Shown: positions 18,292 to 28,565, counted from the stretch's first letter. The stretch: DNA of 64,000 nucleotides from Candidatus Omnitrophota bacterium (GCA_043821445.1 JBDRCT010000034.1:2210-66209), one strand, 5' to 3'. The notes: generated by a model not told the origin, from the sequence alone. Program-made: numbers and translations.

Positions 18292-21246
18292 TCATCCGGC
18301 TCCCATTCCGAGAACCTTGCGGAGAAATTGTCCTGTATAGGAGCCCGGGACTCCGGCGACCTCTTCCGGAGAGCCACAAGCGACGATCCTCCCGCCATCC
18401 TTTCCGCCATCGGGCCCCAGATCAATCACATAGTCTGCCATCTTGATGACATCCAGATTGTGCTCGATCACCACGACCGTGTTACCTTGGTTCCGAAGAT
18501 CAAAGAGCGCCTTCAAAAGATGCTGGATATCCCCGAAGTGAAGCCCTGTCGTGGGTTCGTCCAAAAGATAAAGTGTTTTTCCCGTAGCTTTCTTAATAAG
18601 CTCGGAGGCGATCTTAATGCGCTGAGCTTCCCCGCCTGAAAGCGTGGTCGACGATTGTCCGAGTTTTAGATAACCCAGCCCGACCGTTTCAAGAACTTCC
18701 AATCGCTCGCGAATCATGGAAAGCCTCGCAAAAAAACCTATCGCCTCCCGGACTGAAAGGTCCAGCACTTCCGCAATATTTTTTCCTTGGTAACGGACCT
18801 CGAGCGTTGGCTCGTTGTACCGCTTGCCACGGCAGGATTCACAAACCACAAAAAGATCCGGCATAAAGCTCATCTCGAGTTTTTCGGATCCTGCTCCACG
18901 GCAATTTTCACACCGCCCGCCTTTAAGATTAAAACTGAAACGCGACTGGGAATAGCGGCGGAGTTTCGAAAGTTCCATGTCACTGTAAAGTTTGCGAATG
19001 AACCCGAAAATATCCGTATAGGTCGCGGGATTGGAGCGCGGCGTACGTCCGATCGGCGCCTGGTCGATCTCAATGATCTTATCAATATGTTCTGCACCCT
19101 CGAGCGTCCCGAACCGGCCTACTTTGTACTCTGTTTTAAAGATCCGGTTGTGAAGTTCCTTGTAGAGAATATCGTGAACAAGTGTACTTTTACCCGAACC
19201 TGAAACGCCGGTCACGCAGATAAAAAGCCCGAGCGGAAAAGTCACATCGATATTTTTCAGATTATGCTCGCAGCAGCTTTTTACGATAAGTTCCGGGACC
19301 GTACGAGCGCCTTTGCGGTCCTTGGGCACCTCGATTGAAAGCTCGCCGGAAAGATATTGGAGCGTCAGCGATTGGGGGCATTCCTTCATCTCGGCAAGCT
19401 TGCCTTGGGCCACGATCTCCCCGCCCTGAATACCCGCCCCCGGTCCGAGATCGATCACGTGCTCGGCCCTCCGGATCGTTTCCTCGTCGTGTTCAACGAC
19501 AAGTACCGTATTCTTAAGATCGCGAAGTTTTTCAAGTGAATCCAACAACTTTCCATTATCACGGGGATGAAGACCGATGCTCGGCTCATCCAGCACATAG
19601 AGCACACCGGTCAGTCCGAGTCCGATCTGCGCCGCAAGCCGGATGCGCTGGAGTTCCCCTCCGGCCAAAGTTGCGACCGTGCGATCAAGCGTCAGATACC
19701 CGAGCCCGATATCGAGAAGAAATGAAAGCCGTTCACGAACTTCCCGGAGAATGGGCTCTGCGATCACTTCCTGCGCGCCTTGAAAAAACAGATCCCGAAA
19801 GAACGGCACCGTCTCTTCGACAGATAAAGCCGTAACCTCGGTAATATTTTTCCCTTCGATCAGAACGCTGAGGCTTTCTTGGCGGAGCCGCTTGCCCGCA
19901 CATTCCGGACAGATCTCCTCACGTAGGAATTTCCGGACCTTCGCACGCACTTCCTCGGAATTCGTTTCATGGAAAAGTCGCTCCCATTCTTCCACAAGCC
20001 CGGCAATGTCCCCATCCCCGAGGAAAAACACTTCTTTGGCTTCTTCTGGCCAATCTCGATACGGCGTATCCCATTCAAAGTTATATTTCTCCGTCAGATC
20101 ATGCAAAAGATCTTCGAAAAAATACTTATTGAATGAGAAAAAAACGTCTTTGTTGAGTGCGTTCATAAGCGGTTTATGGGGCGCCAAGATCACACCCTGG
20201 GCAAAGATCTGCGAAAGTTTCCCGAGCCCTTTGCATTTCGGGCAGGCTCCGTAAGGGCTGTTGAATGAGAACATGTTGGGCGCGAGATCCGGCAGGCTGA
20301 TCTGGCATTTGGCGCAGGTTTTGGTGGTGGAAAAAAAATGAAGGACCCCCTCCCCGTTATCCTCTTTTTCCAGGATCGCAATATGTCCTTTAGTGAGATC
20401 CAACGCGCAAACGAAGGAATTCCTGAAACGTTTGTCCTGGCATCTATCCTGACTTTTATTTTCTCTCTCATTATGGTTGTCAGGATTGCCCCAATTTCCA
20501 TCATGTGGAAATTGAACAGTATTGGGACTATTTTCTTCTGACAAAGGGTTGCCAGGGCTGGTCCAATTAACCCTTGAATCTTTTGAAGGAGAATTGGGCC
20601 TGTCCTCACCCTTTAAAAGCGTCAGCTCATCGATCACGATCTCAATATCGTGGCGCACGGACTTCCGGAGCTTCATATCCTGTTTGATGAGCCTCACGCT
20701 CCCATCGATGCGCGCCCGGTCAAAACCTTTTTTAAGTGAATCCTGGAAAAGCTTCTGGAATTCTCCCTTGCGCCCTCGCGCAAGCGGTGCCAAGACCTGC
20801 ACTTCACGTCCCGCAAAACGCTCGAGAAGGTCCTTAAAAAGCTCCTCACGGGACTGGCTTCGAAGGATCTCATGACACGAGGGACAGTAAGGGATGCCGA
20901 CCTTGGCGAAAAGGAGCCTCAGATAATCATAGATCTCGGTAACGGTTGCGACCGTAGAGCGCGGATTATGCGTAACGGAACGTTGTTCGATCGCGATCGC
21001 AGGAGAAAGCCCGGAGATATGGTCCACATCCGGCTTCTTGAGCTTTTCGAGAAATTGCTTGGCGTAAGAGGAAAGACTTTCGAGATAGCGACGCTGGCCT
21101 TCGGCGTAGATCGTATCGAACGCGAGCGAGGATTTCCCGGAACCGGAGAGACCGGTTATGACCGTGATTTTGTTGCGAGGGATCTTAAGCGATAAGTTCT
21201 TGAGATTGTGTTCTCGTGCCCCGCGGACCTCGATGAATTCATCCAT
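18292..21246 (-). CDS. uvrA: Excinuclease ABC subunit A with a ~55-aa in-frame insertion
   Basis: [13 protein letters not shown], two Walker A motifs ([18 protein letters not shown]), Zn-finger CxxC pairs, [19 protein letters not shown]. Start set at ATG 21246. Confidence 0.96.
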   Translation of the reverse strand: MDEFIEVRGAREHNLKNLSLKIPRNKITVITGLSGSGKSSLAFDTIYAEGQRRYLESLSSYAKQFLEKLKKPDVDHISGLSPAIAIEQRSVTHNPRSTVATVTEIYDYLRLLFAKVGIPYCPSCHEILRSQSREELFKDLLERFAGREVQVLAPLARGRKGEFQKLFQDSLKKGFDRARIDGSVRLIKQDMKLRKSVRHDIEIVIDELTLLKGEDRPNSPSKDSRVNWTSPGNPLSEENSPNTVQFPHDGNWGNPDNHNERENKSQDRCQDKRFRNSFVCALDLTKGHIAILEKEDNGEGVLHFFSTTKTCAKCQISLPDLAPNMFSFNSPYGACPKCKGLGKLSQIFAQGVILAPHKPLMNALNKDVFFSFNKYFFEDLLHDLTEKYNFEWDTPYRDWPEEAKEVFFLGDGDIAGLVEEWERLFHETNSEEVRAKVRKFLREEICPECAGKRLRQESLSVLIEGKNITEVTALSVEETVPFFRDLFFQGAQEVIAEPILREVRERLSFLLDIGLGYLTLDRTVATLAGGELQRIRLAAQIGLGLTGVLYVLDEPSIGLHPRDNGKLLDSLEKLRDLKNTVLVVEHDEETIRRAEHVIDLGPGAGIQGGEIVAQGKLAEMKECPQSLTLQYLSGELSIEVPKDRKGARTVPELIVKSCCEHNLKNIDVTFPLGLFICVTGVSGSGKSTLVHDILYKELHNRIFKTEYKVGRFGTLEGAEHIDKIIEIDQAPIGRTPRSNPATYTDIFGFIRKLYSDMELSKLRRYSQSRFSFNLKGGRCENCRGAGSEKLEMSFMPDLFVVCESCRGKRYNEPTLEVRYQGKNIAEVLDLSVREAIGFFARLSMIRERLEVLETVGLGYLKLGQSSTTLSGGEAQRIKIASELIKKATGKTLYLLDEPTTGLHFGDIQHLLKALFDLRNQGNTVVVIEHNLDVIKMADYVIDLGPDGGKDGGRIVACGSPEEVAGVPGSYTGQFLRKVLGMGAG
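20444..20529 (-). repeat. 86-bp two-hairpin repeat, copy 2 (inside uvrA, in frame)
   Basis: Reverse complement AGTCCC-AATACTGTT-CAATTTCCACATGATGGAAATTG-GGGCAATCCTGAC...GTCAGGATAG aligns without gaps to copy 3. Confidence 0.8.
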
Positions 21247-21269
21247 GCACGGAATTCCTCCGGCCGGCC

Positions 21270-21355
21270 CGTCCCCATACCTGTCAATTTCAACTTCGTT
21301 GAAATGGGGGCGGTCCTGACTGCCATTCATAAAAAGAAAACAAGAGTCAGGACCG
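21270..21355 (+). repeat. 86-bp two-hairpin repeat, copy 3 (nadX-uvrA intergenic)
   Basis: CGTCCC-CATACCTGT-CAATTTCAACTTCGTTGAAATGG-GGGCGGTCCTGACT...AGTCAGGACCG. Confidence 0.85.
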
Positions 21356-21356
21356 C

Positions 21357-22172
21357 TCAGGTCCCGACGCGAACGGAGGCGAAAGCTTTTTTGAGCGTGG
21401 CGATCGCGGCAAGAATGGCCAGATAACTTGTTTTTGGATTCCCGGGTGCCGGTTTGTTCTGTGTCACCGTGGTGAATGTACCGAAGTCCCCTTCGACCAG
21501 GACCTCATGCCGGTTCCCTTTGTAGGCTCGCGAGGTCCAGATCTCCACCTGTGTACGCTCGGGCCCGATCCCTGCGAGACTCAGAACGGCGGCAACATTG
21601 ATGTTCTGCGGGAAATGCTCGATGGCCTCGATCGCCGCTCCGCGAAAAACACGTTTTTCTTCGGAAAAGGTTTTGAGGACCGGGAATTTTTTCTTGAGGA
21701 AATAGGCCGCGCCCATCAGCGCCTCCGGTGGCTTACGCGTGATCAAGCGGACCTTCCGAATCTTTCCGTTGGCTGCCGCCAAGACGCCGTCCACGCCCGT
21801 GATCGCACCGGAGGGACAAAAGATCCTGGACCGGTTCTTCTTGAGCAGTTCGACGACCTGGGGCTGAAGCAATCCTCCCACACTCATGATAAGAACTTTT
21901 TTATTCCATTCACAGGCAAGCTTCACAACTTGCGCTGCGACCTTGGGTGACGCGGCTTCGATGATCAGGTCCGAACGGCGGACCAACTCGGTCAGCGGAA
22001 CCAGACGTGCATAAAACTTATATTTTTCCTGAAGCGCTGCCGCCTTTTCCTTGTGCTTTTCGCACAAGAACTTAAGCTGCGCGAAAGCCCGGAGATCTGT
22101 CACCACCGCTTGCGCGAGCGCCGTCCCGATCGTCCCTCCTCCGATGATCCCGACCTTGATCCTTCGTTTCAT
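21357..22172 (-). CDS. nadX: L-aspartate dehydrogenase
   Basis: GIIGGGTIG Rossmann motif, IEAAS, PSGAITGVD, FPQNINVAA, NPKTSYLA. Confidence 0.92.
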   Translation of the reverse strand: MKRRIKVGIIGGGTIGTALAQAVVTDLRAFAQLKFLCEKHKEKAAALQEKYKFYARLVPLTELVRRSDLIIEAASPKVAAQVVKLACEWNKKVLIMSVGGLLQPQVVELLKKNRSRIFCPSGAITGVDGVLAAANGKIRKVRLITRKPPEALMGAAYFLKKKFPVLKTFSEEKRVFRGAAIEAIEHFPQNINVAAVLSLAGIGPERTQVEIWTSRAYKGNRHEVLVEGDFGTFTTVTQNKPAPGNPKTSYLAILAAIATLKKAFASVRVGT

Positions 22173-22528
22173 TTTTTCCTTCTCACGATGCGATTCTTGG
22201 AATCGACATAAACGACTTTAGGTTTGTGCTTTTTTGCCTCCGCCGCCGTAAGTACCATAAAGGTCAGGATGATTGCGATATCACCCGCTTTTCCGTGTTT
22301 GGCCGCGCCGCCGTTCAGGCAGATGACACCGGACCCCACGGGCCCAGGGATGGCATAACTTTCGATGCGAGAACCATTATTAAGATTCGCAATGAGGACT
22401 TTCTCATGCGGAAGAATGCCTGCTTCATCCATCAGTCTCTTGTCAATCGTGATACTTCCGGGATAATCGATGCACGCCTCGGTCACGGTCACACGGTGGA
22501 TCTTTCCACCCAACATTTGTTTCTGCAT
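22169..22528 (-). CDS. panD: Aspartate 1-decarboxylase
   Basis: KIHRVTVT..YPG-SITID self-cleavage site, ICLNGGAA. Confidence 0.95.
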   Translation of the reverse strand: MQKQMLGGKIHRVTVTEACIDYPGSITIDKRLMDEAGILPHEKVLIANLNNGSRIESYAIPGPVGSGVICLNGGAAKHGKAGDIAIILTFMVLTAAEAKKHKPKVVYVDSKNRIVRRKK

Positions 22529-22572
22529 AGATCCTCGATTTTTAGATTTCGGTAGTCTGTTTTCGGTTGCTG

Positions 22573-23421
22573 TCAGTTGTGGATTATAACATTATCGATC
22601 AGTCTTGTCTTGCCGACAAAGCAAGCCGCCAGGACAATCATGTCTTTCTGGTACTTTTTGAGCGGCGCAAGCGTCCCGGGTTCCACAATCTCAAAATATT
22701 GAACCTGATCCACGTTTTTTTTCAATTCCCGGATTGCCCGAGTCCTTAAATCCGTGAACCTCCGCCGTTTTTTCCGTAAGAGGTCCTTCTTAAACATAAA
22801 AAGCACTCGTGAGATCGCAAGGGCTCGATGCCGTTCATGAGGGCTGAGATAACGGTTCCTGGAACTCATGGCAAGCCCGTCCTTTTCCCGCACCGTAGGC
22901 ATCACACGAACACGGGTTGGCAAGTTCAGATCGCGCACAAGCCGGCGGATAACGGTGGCTTGCTGAAAATCCTTGGCACCGAGATAAAGCCGGCAAGGCC
23001 CCGTGATATTAAGAAACTTCGTCACCACGGTCGCTACTCCCCGGAAATGCCCGGGACGGAATTTTCCGCAAAGAACATTCGTAAGCCTCGGGCTGACGTC
23101 CACAAAAGTCGTATAACCTTCGGGATACATGGCCGCAACGGAGGGGCAGAAAAGATAATCGACTTTGACCGGCCGGAGCTTTTTCATGTCCTCGGACAAA
23201 ACGCGTGGGTACTTCGCGTAATCTTCATTCATGACGAATTGCGTGGGATTAACGAAGATGCTAACGACCGTGATATCGTTCTCGTGATCGGAGGCGCGGA
23301 CAAGAGACAAGTGACCTTCATGCAACGCCCCCATGGTAGGAACAAAGCCCACGGTTTTTCCGCGGGCTCTTTCTTTTTCGAGTATTTGCTGAAGTTTTCC
23401 GGGATATCGGATGAGTTTCAT
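22573..23421 (-). CDS. panC: Pantoate--beta-alanine ligase
   Basis: FVPTMGALHEGHLSL, SIFVNPTQF, RPGHFRGV, REKDGLAMSSRN, TRLIDN. Start set at ATG 23421. Confidence 0.96.
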   Translation of the reverse strand: MKLIRYPGKLQQILEKERARGKTVGFVPTMGALHEGHLSLVRASDHENDITVVSIFVNPTQFVMNEDYAKYPRVLSEDMKKLRPVKVDYLFCPSVAAMYPEGYTTFVDVSPRLTNVLCGKFRPGHFRGVATVVTKFLNITGPCRLYLGAKDFQQATVIRRLVRDLNLPTRVRVMPTVREKDGLAMSSRNRYLSPHERHRALAISRVLFMFKKDLLRKKRRRFTDLRTRAIRELKKNVDQVQYFEIVEPGTLAPLKKYQKDMIVLAACFVGKTRLIDNVIIHN

Positions 23422-23451
23422 GGTTTTCTTCTCAAGATACAAAGCATAAGG

Positions 23452-23946
23452 TCAAGGGACCAACTTTGCGCCCCGAGCTTCGCCCTTTGCGTTCAGTTCA
23501 CTTAATAAGACTCGCATCGTTTTCTTCAATACCGGATGAATAAATTCGGGAGCAAGATCACAAAATGGCACAAGCACGAACGCTCTTTCATGAAGCCGTG
23601 GATGTGGAATGATACAATTTTTTCTTTCACATGTTTCATCTCCATAAAAAAGAATATCGAGGTCCAGGACCCGAGCCTCATTCTTCGTGATCCTCTGACG
23701 GCCTGCACGGGCCTCGAGTTCATGCATCTCCTGTAAAAGATCCTGCGGAGACAAATCCGTCACAAAACTCCAGACCGCGTTCCAATACCTCGGCTGCTCT
23801 TCGCCTCCGACGGGTTCTGTTTCATAGACCGGCGAACGCTTCAGCTCGCGGATCCGGTCATCGACAAGAAGCTCTTGGGCCGCAAACCCGAAATTGCTTT
23901 TCCGGTCCCCGAGATTGGATCCGATACCGAGGTAGACTCTGGTCAT
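23452..23946 (-). CDS. folK: 2-amino-4-hydroxy-6-hydroxymethyldihydropteridine diphosphokinase
   Basis: YLGIGSNLGDR, RVLDLDILFY, IPHPRLHERAFVLVP. Confidence 0.95.
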   Translation of the reverse strand: MTRVYLGIGSNLGDRKSNFGFAAQELLVDDRIRELKRSPVYETEPVGGEEQPRYWNAVWSFVTDLSPQDLLQEMHELEARAGRQRITKNEARVLDLDILFYGDETCERKNCIIPHPRLHERAFVLVPFCDLAPEFIHPVLKKTMRVLLSELNAKGEARGAKLVP

Positions 23947-23976
23947 ATTCCTGCCCTGTATCGATGGACCACCTCG

Positions 23977-24014
23977 TTCCAGACCGGGTCTGTCATGACA
24001 GACCCGGTCTGGAA
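23977..24014. repeat. 38-bp perfect palindrome with no spacer
   Basis: TTCCAGACCGGGTCTGTCA|TGACAGACCCGGTCTGGAA equals its own reverse complement. Confidence 0.95.
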
Positions 24015-24021
24015 TAGGTAG

Positions 24022-25215
24022 TTAAATTTGAGATCTGTGCGGATGGCTTTTCTTGATACGGTCGAGGGCTTCCATGATCCGCGATTCGGCGACGGTCAAG
24101 GAGATCCGGAAATATCCTTCCCCGTTGGGTCCGAAGCCGTTCCCAGGGGTCACAACGATATTCAGCTCTTCCAGAAATTTCAAGGCCAATTCTGCGGAAG
24201 TATAGCCTGCCGGCACCGGGATCCAGACGTAAAAAGTGGCCTTCGGCGCTTCGATCTGCCAGCCAAGGTCCCGGAAACCTTGCACCAAAAGATCGCGGCG
24301 CTCCTGATAGATTTGGAGATTCTTCTCCAGTTCCTTCTGCCCGTCCTGTAGTGCTCTGATGCCCGCGATCTGGATCGCCTGAAAAATGCCGGAATCCAGG
24401 TTCGACTTCACTTTCGCGAGAAGCGAAAGCACTTGTGCATTCCCGACCGCAAAGCCCGCGCGCCAACCGGTCATGCTATAAGTTTTTGAAAGAGAGAAAA
24501 GCTCTACCGCGATCTCTTTGGCGCCGGAGATCTCCAGGATGCTCGGTGACTTAAGCCCCTCATAGCACATCTCCGAATAGGCCGCGTCATGGGCGATCAA
24601 GATCCCGTGCTTGTGTGCGAACGCCACGGCCTTTTCAAAAAAATCTTTGTCCGCCACCTGCGAGGTCGGATTATTCGGATAGTTGAGGAACATGAGCCGC
24701 GTATTCTTCAAAACATCTTCCGGGATTGCGCCAAAATCCGGAAAGTAACCGTTCTTTTCCAGAAGCGGCATCGTGTAGGGAATGCCTTCGGCAAAAAGCG
24801 TTCCCGAACGGTACACAGGATAACCGGGATCCGGGATCAAACAAACTTTCCCTGGATTCAGGACTGCGAGCGGCAAATGTCCGATACCCTCTTTGGAACC
24901 GATCAGCGGAAGAATCTCTTTGTCCGGATCAAGCCTTACACCGAAGCGGTGTTGGAACCAATCACGGATCGCATAGCGGAATTCCGGCATCCCCTGGTCG
25001 AGAGCATAACGATGGTTGCGGGGATTCTTCGCTGCAGCACTCAAAGCCTCAATGATGAAATCCGCCGTTGGAATGTCCGGATCCCCGACCCCGAGGTCGA
25101 TCACATCCTTCCCCTTGGCAATGAGCTCGCGCTTTTTTTTGTCGATCTCCGCAAAAAGGTAAGGCGGTAATTTCTGCAATCGTCCCGTCGGTTCGATCGT
25201 AAGCGGTTTAAACAT
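24022..25215 (-). CDS. dapL: LL-diaminopimelate aminotransferase (class I PLP enzyme)
   Basis: LPPYLFAEID, DLGVGDPD, LIGSKEG, NYPNNPT, SLSKTYSMTGWRAG, PGNGFG..GEGYFRISL. Confidence 0.85.
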   Translation of the reverse strand: MFKPLTIEPTGRLQKLPPYLFAEIDKKKRELIAKGKDVIDLGVGDPDIPTADFIIEALSAAAKNPRNHRYALDQGMPEFRYAIRDWFQHRFGVRLDPDKEILPLIGSKEGIGHLPLAVLNPGKVCLIPDPGYPVYRSGTLFAEGIPYTMPLLEKNGYFPDFGAIPEDVLKNTRLMFLNYPNNPTSQVADKDFFEKAVAFAHKHGILIAHDAAYSEMCYEGLKSPSILEISGAKEIAVELFSLSKTYSMTGWRAGFAVGNAQVLSLLAKVKSNLDSGIFQAIQIAGIRALQDGQKELEKNLQIYQERRDLLVQGFRDLGWQIEAPKATFYVWIPVPAGYTSAELALKFLEELNIVVTPGNGFGPNGEGYFRISLTVAESRIMEALDRIKKSHPHRSQI

Positions 25216-25319
25216 AGGATCCTTTCCTGGAGAATTTGAAGAATAATTGTACTACAAGGCCGGAATTATACCAGACTTCGGGAAGCTTGGGAACAGGGCG
25301 CAGACACGGAGGGATACTT

Positions 25320-25715
25320 TTATTTTTTGCTGTAAGGAGCGTAAGATTTGGGAGGATTCTTGACTCTTTCCGGATCCGGGATCGGCAATCCATAACCCAT
25401 GTTCGGAAAATCCACGGGAATGAAAAAAGTAGCCAGTTGGATCAACCCCCCGGCCGTGTAGACCACTCCCTCACCGATCCCTGCCGAATAACCCATCCAC
25501 TGTGCCTGGTACTTTGGATTCTTGGCTTCGGCCCAAGGCGTCATCCAGCCCAGGAGAGAATTCTTGATACCAAAACAGAATTTCCCCCAAGTCTTTCCTC
25601 CGTAGTTTTGTTTGGCCATCCAGGGAGACGCTGCGTACGCAGGCATGGCACCCAACAGAAAAAGAACGGCAAATACAACGAACGCCCAGAGGGATCTCTT
25701 ATCTTTTATATTCAT
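25320..25715 (-). CDS. Small exported/membrane protein, TIGR04073-like
   Basis: Signal peptide, then YGGKTWGKFCFGIKNSLLGW...YTAGGLIQLATFFIPVD; paralog of the adjacent gene. Start set at ATG 25715. Confidence 0.6.
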   Translation of the reverse strand: MNIKDKRSLWAFVVFAVLFLLGAMPAYAASPWMAKQNYGGKTWGKFCFGIKNSLLGWMTPWAEAKNPKYQAQWMGYSAGIGEGVVYTAGGLIQLATFFIPVDFPNMGYGLPIPDPERVKNPPKSYAPYSKK

Positions 25716-26070
25716 AAGCAATCCCGCCCTGAGGCAATGGGATATCCAGTGGAATGGGGAACGTCGCTGCATGAAGAATACCGCCTGCTGTATTCGTGAA
25801 GGTATAACCGATCCCCTTAGCCACACCTGTGAAGAAATTCTTATCTTTGGCGGGTTCAAAAAAAAGAGCGGTCCAACCGGCCGTGATATTGAGAAACCCG
25901 AATCCCAACTTCTGGGATATCTTCCCAAGATAAGTGGACTCCTGGGTCCAATCGCTGGACTGCATGGGCCCGGCATAAGCCGAACCGGCCACAGCGCAAA
26001 ACAGAACGAGGATCACGAGCGAGCGTGCCCATCCTGGTGGGGAGAAAACCTTGCACGGTTTCATAAGCAA
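25699..26070 (-). CDS. Small exported/membrane protein, TIGR04073-like
   Basis: Signal peptide, then YLGKISQKLGFGFLNITAGW...NTAGGILHAATFPIPLD. Confidence 0.6.
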   Translation of the reverse strand: MLMKPCKVFSPPGWARSLVILVLFCAVAGSAYAGPMQSSDWTQESTYLGKISQKLGFGFLNITAGWTALFFEPAKDKNFFTGVAKGIGYTFTNTAGGILHAATFPIPLDIPLPQGGIAYEYKR

Positions 26071-26196
26071 AAAAATACTACTGGTTTAGAACGTATAAGT
26101 CAAGAAAACGAGAAAACTTCGGTGCAAAATTCCGAGGGGCAAAGGACCGAGTTCGCGGCCTGCCTGAGCTTTGGATCTGTCTTGTCTTCAGGCTGA

Positions 26197-26994
26197 CTAG
26201 TTAAGTTTAGCAACGTCGAAGTTGAATTGGGGGTCTAATTGTTTCAGTTCCAGGACCAAATGAAGGATCGTATTCTTTAGTTCTGAGGATTTTGTCGAAA
26301 GCCATCTCTGATAAGCTTCAAGGAACTGCTCCATCTTGATGTTCCGCAGGTGGTCTTTTTCATAGCCGCTCATCTCCATAAGGAAATGCTGGAAGGCCTG
26401 CTCCCTGAAGCACTCGATAAATTTGAAATAATCTTCTTTGACGTCGGCAAGGATATGTCTGTAGACGTCGAACTGACTCGCGATTTTGCTGAGCACTTCC
26501 CCTACCCCTGTTTTTTTGTCATAAACTCCGGCATGGAAGCGCGCAGCCTGGTTGTAATAGAGGATTGCGGACAAGCGTTCTTCGCTTTTTTCATTCGGGG
26601 CGTCTTTTTTGAGCGGAAACCGCTTGGCCAATGGAGGATCGGGATTAAAGATCGTGGATTGAACGAGCAAATGGTCGGCATTGACCTTAAAAATAAAATA
26701 CCGGAGCATCGGATCGTCAGTCTCCCGGACCCATTCAAAAATCTCGTGAGTGTTGGTCGAAAGAAAGGGATCCGCCATGTCGTGGTATTCCGGAAGCGAG
26801 ACGGCGAAGAGCAGATGCGCAAGATAGATATTCACATCCTCATCGAAAGAAAGCGCCCGCGTCAAGCCACGCGCTTGGTCCTTGGCTTTCAAAATAGATT
26901 CCAAGAGAAAATAGATGGCCGACTCGCGGTCCTCGCTTGAGAGACTGAAATACAGGTAAGGTGCTTTCGAATCCAGCTCTTTCTTTTCGCTCAT
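26197..26994 (-). CDS. Hypothetical cytoplasmic protein (265 aa)
   Basis: AAGGAGGGG RBS before ATG 26994; helical globular composition; family not recognised. Confidence 0.75.
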   Translation of the reverse strand: MSEKKELDSKAPYLYFSLSSEDRESAIYFLLESILKAKDQARGLTRALSFDEDVNIYLAHLLFAVSLPEYHDMADPFLSTNTHEIFEWVRETDDPMLRYFIFKVNADHLLVQSTIFNPDPPLAKRFPLKKDAPNEKSEERLSAILYYNQAARFHAGVYDKKTGVGEVLSKIASQFDVYRHILADVKEDYFKFIECFREQAFQHFLMEMSGYEKDHLRNIKMEQFLEAYQRWLSTKSSELKNTILHLVLELKQLDPQFNFDVAKLN

Positions 26995-27220
26995 TTCATT
27001 CCCCTCCTTTAAAATATAGCAATATATAACAACTATATACTTTTCATACTTATTATCTACAAACAGAAACATAGCATAGCAACATAGAAAAGTCAAATCC
27101 ATCAAATAAATACTTTATCATCATAACGTATTGAAAATAAAGGGGTTATAACTTCTGAAGAAAAATTAAAAATAGGTCTAGCTTGACCCTATTCTAAGGG
27201 GATATTGCAGAAGAGATGGA

Positions 27221-27982
27221 TTAGCTAGATTTCAAAACGGCACGAACAGAATCGAGGAACTTGCGGGTTTTGAGGACTTTTCCGAGGCGGTAATTGAGAA
27301 AGGTGGTGATGATAGCCTTGATCTGGCTTTCGATCACGGAGTTGTGGGACACGCGAAGGCAATCCGTCAGCGCGTCCTTACTGTAAGAACGCAGAACCGC
27401 AAGCGCACCGGGACTTACGGCCAGCGCGGCTGTATCTTTCGAACGACAACGCTCGCAGAAAAGCGCTCCATGACGGATAGAAAAAAAGCCCTTCTCAAGG
27501 GGTTTCGCGCCGCACGCCAAACAGCTTTCAAGAAAAGGGAGCCAGCCCATTTCCCTGAGAAGTTGGGTCACGAAGACAGTTTCAAGACGCGGGGGCGGGA
27601 TCACGGGCAGAAAACGGAAACTTTCCCTTAGCAGGTCAAAGATCTTCGGATGCGGATCCTGGATCTCGGTCAGCTCATCCACCAGCTCACAAAAATAACT
27701 GGCATACGCGATCCCACCCAACCGGTCGCGAAGCGCGTGATGACTTTCAAGGATCGAAGCATCCGAGATCAGATGAAGATCCGAACGTTTTTTTTCGTAG
27801 AAAAGGTACTCCGCATGAGTGAACAGCTCGAACCCCGCCTGGCGGATCTCCCCCTCCCGGTGGACGCCCTTGACCACCCCGCGCACCTTTCCGAACTGCG
27901 GCGTGAAAAACGTCACGATGAGGGAACTGGAGCGGAACGGCATCGTCTTCAGGACAAGAGCTTCGGTCTTGTGGATGCTCAT
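27221..27982 (-). CDS. recO: DNA repair protein RecO
   Basis: N-terminal OB fold (TEALVLK..SSLIVTFFT..GKVRGVVKG) and CLACG...CERC zinc site; next to ybeY and phoH. Confidence 0.92.
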   Translation of the reverse strand: MSIHKTEALVLKTMPFRSSSLIVTFFTPQFGKVRGVVKGVHREGEIRQAGFELFTHAEYLFYEKKRSDLHLISDASILESHHALRDRLGGIAYASYFCELVDELTEIQDPHPKIFDLLRESFRFLPVIPPPRLETVFVTQLLREMGWLPFLESCLACGAKPLEKGFFSIRHGALFCERCRSKDTAALAVSPGALAVLRSYSKDALTDCLRVSHNSVIESQIKAIITTFLNYRLGKVLKTRKFLDSVRAVLKSS

Positions 27983-27986
27983 AAAA

Positions 27987-28469
27987 CTAGGCTTTTTTCT
28001 TTTTCACGCACGCGAGGATTTGGCTCTGCTTGCGATGCATCTTCTTGAACGCGACGCGGCCCTTATCCTTATAGCCCATAAGATGCAGGATCCCATGACA
28101 GAGACAGTAGTGAAGTTCTTCTTCGAAAATATGCTCGTATTCCTTGGCCTGCGCACGGATCTTTGGAAGACAAAGCGCGATATCCCCAAGAAAATCGATA
28201 TTTTTGCGGCGAAAAACTTTCGAGGGAAGCATTTCCTGCAGATGCTTGGAAGATTTCTTCTGGCCGAACGCGAGCACATCTGTTGACCACGCGTGGCGGA
28301 GATAGCGGCGGTTGAGTTTACGCATCTCGGGACCGTCCACGAGAACCACGCTCAAAACCGCGTTTTTAAGACCTAAGTCTTTCAAGATATCGGTAGCGAT
28401 CTTCTTGAGTGTGACTTCCGAGACCTTGATCCGCGGGCAATCCTGTTTCAGATAAATTTCATACGCCAT
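27987..28469 (-). CDS. ybeY: rRNA maturation RNase YbeY
   Basis: LNRRYL..TDVLAF, LGDIALC, HGILHLMGY.D; the third His of the H-x3-H-x5-H motif is not evident (GYKDK). Confidence 0.85.
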   Translation of the reverse strand: MAYEIYLKQDCPRIKVSEVTLKKIATDILKDLGLKNAVLSVVLVDGPEMRKLNRRYLRHAWSTDVLAFGQKKSSKHLQEMLPSKVFRRKNIDFLGDIALCLPKIRAQAKEYEHIFEEELHYCLCHGILHLMGYKDKGRVAFKKMHRKQSQILACVKKKKA

Positions 28470-28565
28470 GACAAGACCTCAATGAACACCTTGAAAGCGC
28501 CGGCACTCACGGGTGATCTGCATCCCAAACGGCATCCTTAAAATGCGGGGTTCCACAAATCAGCC

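Noticed and set aside
21247-21330. N-terminal extensions in the ORF track for uvrA, and likewise for sigma, psd, folD, the ABC ATPase and the Dph6-like gene
   Set aside because: They overlap upstream genes or repeats; downstream ATG/GTG starts fit family lengths and overlap patterns.
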